A DNA stretch of 64,000 nucleotides from Bacteroidota bacterium. Its GTDB lineage: Bacteria; Bacteroidota; Bacteroidia; NS11-12g; UBA955. Position 1 is the stretch's first letter. Every line of letters starts with the position of its first letter. The notes below the pieces were generated by a model. That model did not search any database. It was not told where the DNA came from and saw only the letters and a list, made by a program, of their open reading frames with translations. A program made the translations under genes and the position numbers. Positions 58,928-64,000 of the stretch are shown one piece after another. The DNA lies in the NCBI GenBank assembly GCA_027621365.1, contig JAQCBH010000003.1, positions 65,737 to 129,736 on the forward strand. The letters are read 5' to 3'.

Positions 58928-61900
58928 ATGTCAATTCGGTCCTTATCGCTTTTTATGGCGGTCTTTGCCATTTCGGCCCAGAGCCTTCTAGCGCAAGGTG
59001 TTTTCGCCACCAGCGGTGAGTGGTTTGGCATAAAAGTCCAGGGGACTCAAACTTATCAAATAACCTATAAAGATTTGAAAGATTGGGGCATGGACATGAA
59101 CTCCGATCCACGAAATTTTCATGTGTTCGGGTACATGGGTCCGGAGTTGGCCTCTCGCAACGACGGGGCCTTAACCATTGATCCACCCGAATTGAGCATC
59201 GGTGTAGTCGGTGAGTCAGATGGGAAATGGGATCCAGGTGATTATGTTGAGTTTTTTGTACTCGGCCCCAAGGGTCACACCTTGAATAAGCATCAAAGTA
59301 CGGTGCCTTACACGCGTTTTTACGATGCCAATCTCCATTTTGTGGTAGGCCACAACAGCGAGCGCGGTCATCGCATATTGACCCAATCGGCGTGGGTAGG
59401 TACAGAGCCTATGAGCCAATGGTATCACTGGGCTTCTGAGTTTGTTTGGCACGATTCAGATCGCGTGAATCCGACTGCCATGGGGAGAACATGGCTGGGA
59501 GAAAAACTGGGCAATGAAACCTTGACACGAACTTGGAAAGAAAATTTGGGTACTCGCTGTGATTCGGCTACTTTGATGTTGACTCTGGCCCCAGCTTTGG
59601 TTGATCAAGGCGGATCCGTGAAGATTCAAATCAACGATACTCAGCAAACTTTGACTTTGAGGCCCATTTCCAATGGGTTCGAGGAGCATTATTTGCTGTC
59701 CAAGTCATACCTTGTTCCCTTGAAATCAGGTCAATTGGATTTGAGCCTTGACTTGAATCGGCCCAACACGCAGTCCAGCCTTTATTTGGAGTCTTATTCC
59801 ATTGAACTGTTCGGAGAAGCCCTTACCCCTGATCAAAACACGCTTTTGTTCAACGAAGGTTTGGCTCAGTATCCGTCGAACACCACCCGCGGATGGCGCC
59901 TTGTAGACAACCTGCAAACCACACCGCTACCCAGGTATTGGAATGTAACCAACCCATACCAGCCTTTCAATTTGCAAAATCCGCAGGTGTCCAAAAATGG
60001 AAAGGCATGGAAAGAATTGAGGTTTTTCCCTGGCGAGGAAGCGGGCATGTTATGGGTGTCTTACCCCAACCAGCTGTCCAAACCGGTATTTACAGGTCGT
60101 TTCACCGTGAACAACGTAACCGGTGAATTCGCGGCTGATATGATCATTTTGACTCATCCCGATTTTGTCGAAGCTGCGTCAAAGTTGGCCCTGCACCGCA
60201 TTCAGACACAAGGATATTCGGTCAAAGTGGTCTTGCTAGATGATATATATAAGGAGTTCGGAGCCGGTCAGCCTGACTTGATGCACGTGCGCAATTACAC
60301 CCGATTGGAACTCTCCAAGGCCGAGGCCCAAAACGTCGATTTTCGCTACCTGTTGATCATGGGGTCGGCCTCGTACGATATGCAAGATCGCGTGAGTCAG
60401 AACACGAACTTCGTGCCTATTTATCACGCGAATACCAACAACAAAGCTGCTGCTTTTTGCTTGGATGATTTTATTGCCTACACCGATTCGGGCCAAGGAG
60501 ATCCGGAAAAGGGCATCAGCCGAATGGCTTTTGCGGTGGGTAGAATTCCCTGTCGTACGGCCGATGATGCCAAAGCCGTGGTCGATAAGTTGATTCGCTA
60601 CGACGACAAAAAGAGTTTGGGCGATTGGCGCAGCCAAATCACGTTCGTTTGCGACGACATGGACGAATACTGGGAGCGTGAATTCGTCACCCAAACCGAG
60701 TCATACGCCCAGAGCATGGTCAATTCCTGGCCCTATTTGAACGTAAATCGAGTCTATGCCGATGCTTACAAACAAGTGACCACTGGAAACGGAGAGAAAT
60801 ACCCCGATGTGAGCAAGGCCATTGACCGTGCGGTTCAGGAGGGAAGCCTCTTTGTCAATTACCAAGGTCACGGCGGTGAAAAGGGCTGGGCACAGGAATC
60901 CTTTTTGGATGTGCCCATGATTCAAGCCTGGAAAAATCCGTACCGCATGCCGGTATTGTTCACTGCTACTTGTGAGTTCAGTCGATTCGATGATCCCGAG
61001 CACCAAAGTGCGGGGGAGTTGGCGCTCTTGAATCCCAGTGGCGGGGCCGTAGGTTTGATGTCCACCACTCGATTGGTCTACGTTTCCGGAAACTCCGAAA
61101 TCAACCGAGATTTTTGGACCAAATACGGCTTCCCCAAAGTAGGGGAGCCGGTTCCAACCTTGGGTGAGGTCTTTCAACGAATGAAGAATCGACCCTCACT
61201 GAATTCGGAAGACAACAAGTTTGCTTTGCTCGGAGATCCATCCATGCGATTGGCATTCCCTGAGCATCTGATCATCATTGACAGCATCAACGACATTCCC
61301 GAAGTCATTTTTGATGATACCATTCGCGCTTTTTCAGTGGTGAAGGTCAAAGGTCACATCAGCGAGCGCCAAAAAGGGTACTTCAAAGGCTTCAATGGGG
61401 TCTGCAGCATCAAAGTGTTCGATAAGCCCATCAATCGTAGTACCCTGAACAACGACGGTAGTTCCGACCCTGTAGATTTTCAAGATTGGGCCAGTATTTT
61501 GTTCAACGGGGAAGTCAGTGTCGTCGATGGTGCTTTCTCGTTTGTATTTGCCGTTCCCAAAGACATCAATTACAACATTGGATTGGGTCGCGCTCAGTTC
61601 TATGCTCACAATGGAGAAACCGATGCCATGGGGGCCTGGAGCTTTTTAATTGGCGGCAGCGAGGCCATTACCGAGTTGGATACGGCTGGACCTGAAGTTC
61701 GAGCCTATTTGGAAGATACTACTTTCGTCGCCGGAGCTGTGGTTCCGGCAACCTCAACCTTTGTGGGTCGGGTGTTTGATCGAAACGGAATCAACGCCAC
61801 CGGTGCAGGTATTGGCCGGGATATGCTGCTCATTTTGGACGAAGGAACCGACCGCGAACAGCAATGGGTGGTCAATGATTATTTCACCTACGATTTGAAC

Positions 61901-62353
61901 AGTTACCAGCGCGGAACGATTTCGTTCCCGCTTCCTACCTTGGCTCCTGGCAAGCATACCATTCGCTGCAAAGTGTGGGACATCTACAACAATTCAGGTG
62001 AAGGTATAACGAACTTCGTTGTAAGCCCGGGCCGCGAATTGGTGATCAGTCGACACGGTATGGTGCCCAATCCTGCCCACGCGGGTTCGAAAATTTCGGT
62101 AACCCACAGCTTGCCCGGTGATGATTTGCAGGTTACCTGGCAATGGTTGGATATGGCCGGACGTGTTGTGAGACAAGAAACGACACAAGAGAGCAGCAGT
62201 TTGACCACCTTATCTTGGTCTCCTTGGGGGCAAAATTCGGCGCAGGGACCTGATCCATTGCCTCAAGGCATATACCTGTATCGTGTTCACATCAGCACGC
62301 TTGACGGATTGTCGGCCGTTTGTGGTGGTAAATTCGTGTGGACTGGTCAATAA
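58928..62353 (+). CDS. porU: T9SS sortase PorU (peptidase C25 family)
   Basis: VGRIP, NYQGHGGE (His), TATCEFSRFDDP (Cys), LLGDP, KVWDIYNN, C-terminal CTD; followed by porV. Confidence 0.92.
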   Translation: MSIRSLSLFMAVFAISAQSLLAQGVFATSGEWFGIKVQGTQTYQITYKDLKDWGMDMNSDPRNFHVFGYMGPELASRNDGALTIDPPELSIGVVGESDGKWDPGDYVEFFVLGPKGHTLNKHQSTVPYTRFYDANLHFVVGHNSERGHRILTQSAWVGTEPMSQWYHWASEFVWHDSDRVNPTAMGRTWLGEKLGNETLTRTWKENLGTRCDSATLMLTLAPALVDQGGSVKIQINDTQQTLTLRPISNGFEEHYLLSKSYLVPLKSGQLDLSLDLNRPNTQSSLYLESYSIELFGEALTPDQNTLLFNEGLAQYPSNTTRGWRLVDNLQTTPLPRYWNVTNPYQPFNLQNPQVSKNGKAWKELRFFPGEEAGMLWVSYPNQLSKPVFTGRFTVNNVTGEFAADMIILTHPDFVEAASKLALHRIQTQGYSVKVVLLDDIYKEFGAGQPDLMHVRNYTRLELSKAEAQNVDFRYLLIMGSASYDMQDRVSQNTNFVPIYHANTNNKAAAFCLDDFIAYTDSGQGDPEKGISRMAFAVGRIPCRTADDAKAVVDKLIRYDDKKSLGDWRSQITFVCDDMDEYWEREFVTQTESYAQSMVNSWPYLNVNRVYADAYKQVTTGNGEKYPDVSKAIDRAVQEGSLFVNYQGHGGEKGWAQESFLDVPMIQAWKNPYRMPVLFTATCEFSRFDDPEHQSAGELALLNPSGGAVGLMSTTRLVYVSGNSEINRDFWTKYGFPKVGEPVPTLGEVFQRMKNRPSLNSEDNKFALLGDPSMRLAFPEHLIIIDSINDIPEVIFDDTIRAFSVVKVKGHISERQKGYFKGFNGVCSIKVFDKPINRSTLNNDGSSDPVDFQDWASILFNGEVSVVDGAFSFVFAVPKDINYNIGLGRAQFYAHNGETDAMGAWSFLIGGSEAITELDTAGPEVRAYLEDTTFVAGAVVPATSTFVGRVFDRNGINATGAGIGRDMLLILDEGTDREQQWVVNDYFTYDLNSYQRGTISFPLPTLAPGKHTIRCKVWDIYNNSGEGITNFVVSPGRELVISRHGMVPNPAHAGSKISVTHSLPGDDLQVTWQWLDMAGRVVRQETTQESSSLTTLSWSPWGQNSAQGPDPLPQGIYLYRVHISTLDGLSAVCGGKFVWTGQ

Positions 62354-62450
62354 TGGCAATAATTGAGGGTTTTTCTCGTTCTAAAAACGAGCAAATTTTC
62401 AGCTTTGTTTCGCCTAGCGAGCAGAGTCACTTATTTTTGTTTCCAACACC

Positions 62451-63647
62451 ATGAAAAAATTCATTCTCGGATGTGGCCTTGTGGGTTTGACCCTAAGCGG
62501 CGTTAAAGCGCAAATTTCCGCCACGCAATTGGCGGGCCAATTGAACACGGTCACCACCATGGTTCCTTTTTTGACCATCACTCCTGATAGCCGTTCGGCG
62601 GCCATGGGCGACGTAGGAGTCTCCTTGTTTGCACCTGATGCCAATAGCGTTCACTGGAACATGGCCAACTTGGTACACGCCGAAAAGCAGAGTGGATTTA
62701 GCTTGTCGTATGCCCCCTGGTTGCGCCAGTTGGTAGACGACGTAGGGTTTTCCTATTTGGCCGGATATGCCAAAGTGGGTGACAATAGCGTGGTGGGCGG
62801 TTCGTTCCGTTATTTCTCGTTGGGCAACATCAATTTCACTGACTTTGAAGGCAATCCTACAGGAAACTTCAATCCCAATGAAATTGCCATTGACGGCGGA
62901 TACGCCACATCCTTCAATCGCCAAATTTCCATGGGTGTCAACTTGCGTTTCATTTACAGCAACATTGCTGGAAACCGTGCCATTCAAGGCATAGACTACC
63001 GCGCTGCCATGGGCGGAGCTGGTGATATTTCCTTCAACTACAACGTTTTTGAAGATCGTGGACCTCAGAACAGCGATTTGAAATTTGGATTCAACATCCA
63101 GAACATCGGTTCTAGAATGACCTATTCCAGCAAAGAGAAGCGCGATTTCATTCCAACCAATTTGAAATTGGGTGTCGGTTATCATACCGAGATGGATGAT
63201 TACAACAGTTTCTCTGTGTATATGGATATCAACAAATTGTTGGTGCCTACTCGTCCGTATTACCTCGTTTCTTGGGACGGTCGCAGCGACTCCATGATCA
63301 ATGGTATTCGCCAGTTCGTTGGCACCGATCCCAATGTTTCCGTTCCTCAAGGCATGATTCAATCCTTCTCGGATGCTCCTGGGGGTATTCAAGAAGAGTT
63401 GAAAGAGTACATGTTGAGCATTGGTGGCGAATATTCGTACAATGATCAATTCACGGCTCGTGCTGGTGTCTTTTACGAAGCTCAAACCAAAGGGGGGCGT
63501 CAATACGGAACCTTGGGTTTTGGATTGAAATTCGAGACACTGACAGTAGACGCTGCCTACTTGATTCCTTTTGCTAATCGCCATCCCTTGCAGAACCAAA
63601 TGCGGTTCAGCTTGCATTTCGATTTAGCTTCGGCAAAGGCGAAATAA
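62451..63647 (+). CDS. porV: T9SS outer-membrane shuttle PorV
   Basis: VPFLTITPDSRSAAMGDVG, SYAPWL, RYFSLG, KGGRQY, PLQNQMRFSL. Confidence 0.92.
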   Translation: MKKFILGCGLVGLTLSGVKAQISATQLAGQLNTVTTMVPFLTITPDSRSAAMGDVGVSLFAPDANSVHWNMANLVHAEKQSGFSLSYAPWLRQLVDDVGFSYLAGYAKVGDNSVVGGSFRYFSLGNINFTDFEGNPTGNFNPNEIAIDGGYATSFNRQISMGVNLRFIYSNIAGNRAIQGIDYRAAMGGAGDISFNYNVFEDRGPQNSDLKFGFNIQNIGSRMTYSSKEKRDFIPTNLKLGVGYHTEMDDYNSFSVYMDINKLLVPTRPYYLVSWDGRSDSMINGIRQFVGTDPNVSVPQGMIQSFSDAPGGIQEELKEYMLSIGGEYSYNDQFTARAGVFYEAQTKGGRQYGTLGFGLKFETLTVDAAYLIPFANRHPLQNQMRFSLHFDLASAKAK

Positions 63648-63684
63648 TCGCTGCTCCTTGGTTTTTGGAGGCTAAATTTGCCTG

Positions 63685-64000
63685 ATGTCCAAGGCTAGAC
63701 AAACTTTACTTGACAAGCGCGCTGCCGCCCAATTGGGTGGAGGACAGGCTCGCATTGAAGCTCAACACAGCAAAGGGAAGCTCACGGCCCGTGAGCGCAT
63801 CCAAATTGTCTTAGACGAAGGTAGTTTCCAAGAAATTGGGGCATTCGTTACCCACCGAAGCAAAGACTTTGGCATGGAAAAGCAGAGCATTTTGGGTGAT
63901 GGAGTGGTGACCGGTTACGGCCGAATTGAAGGTCGTCTGGTTTATATATTTTCTCAAGACTTTACTGTTTTCGGGGGCTCATTGAGCGAAACCCATGCAG
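63685..64000 (+). CDS. Acyl-CoA (propionyl-CoA/methylmalonyl-CoA) carboxylase beta subunit, 5' part
   Basis: Not in the ORF track. Manual translation [39 protein letters not shown]...GDGVVTGYG...[12 protein letters not shown]; truncated by the window end. Confidence 0.92.
   Translation, partial: MSKARQTLLDKRAAAQLGGGQARIEAQHSKGKLTARERIQIVLDEGSFQEIGAFVTHRSKDFGMEKQSILGDGVVTGYGRIEGRLVYIFSQDFTVFGGSLSETHA

Noticed and set aside
62493..63617. 374-aa antisense ORF over porV (similar ones at 4834-5589 over tig, 13674-14405, 24001-24660 and 51086-51820)
   Set aside because: They lie almost entirely opposite well-supported genes and show no recognisable motifs. They are best explained as shadow ORFs from codon bias.
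1..64000. CRISPR array, cas genes, toxin-antitoxin or anti-phage defence genes
   Set aside because: No regularly spaced repeats, and no intergenic gap large enough for an array. No ORF carries motifs I recognise from these systems.

Overview
This is an ordinary-looking chromosomal segment of a Bacteroidota bacterium. The assignment rests on TAnnTTTG promoters, T9SS/gliding genes (gldJ, porP/sprF-family, porU, porV), DUF4295/bL38 and BshC. It holds about 60 tightly packed CDSs: ilvE (partial), tig-clpP-clpX, dinB, rnhB, prfB with a +1 programmed frameshift, a photolyase next to a CarH-like regulator, rplS, an AlkB-like hydroxylase, an ECF sigma module, exbB-exbD-exbD-tonB, rpmB-rpmG-bL38, ftsY-rimO-bshC, sulP-can, miaA, mutS, gatB and a partial acyl-CoA carboxylase beta subunit. 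RNA genes are tRNA-Leu(TAG), tRNA-Lys(TTT), tRNA-Gly(GCC) and RNase P RNA. I saw no prophage, transposase, integrase or CRISPR array. The best leads are: (1) a coupled operon encoding a thioredoxin-like lipoprotein, a heme-c plus PHM/DBM-type copper monooxygenase lipoprotein and a GNAT; (2) promoter -7 boxes only 3-5 nt before many start codons, suggesting widespread leaderless mRNAs; (3) a GACA-based palindrome/repeat operator candidate upstream of dinB; (4) a TPR protein fused to a CAP-like domain that lacks its conserved histidines. All product calls come from motif recognition by eye; no database searches were run.
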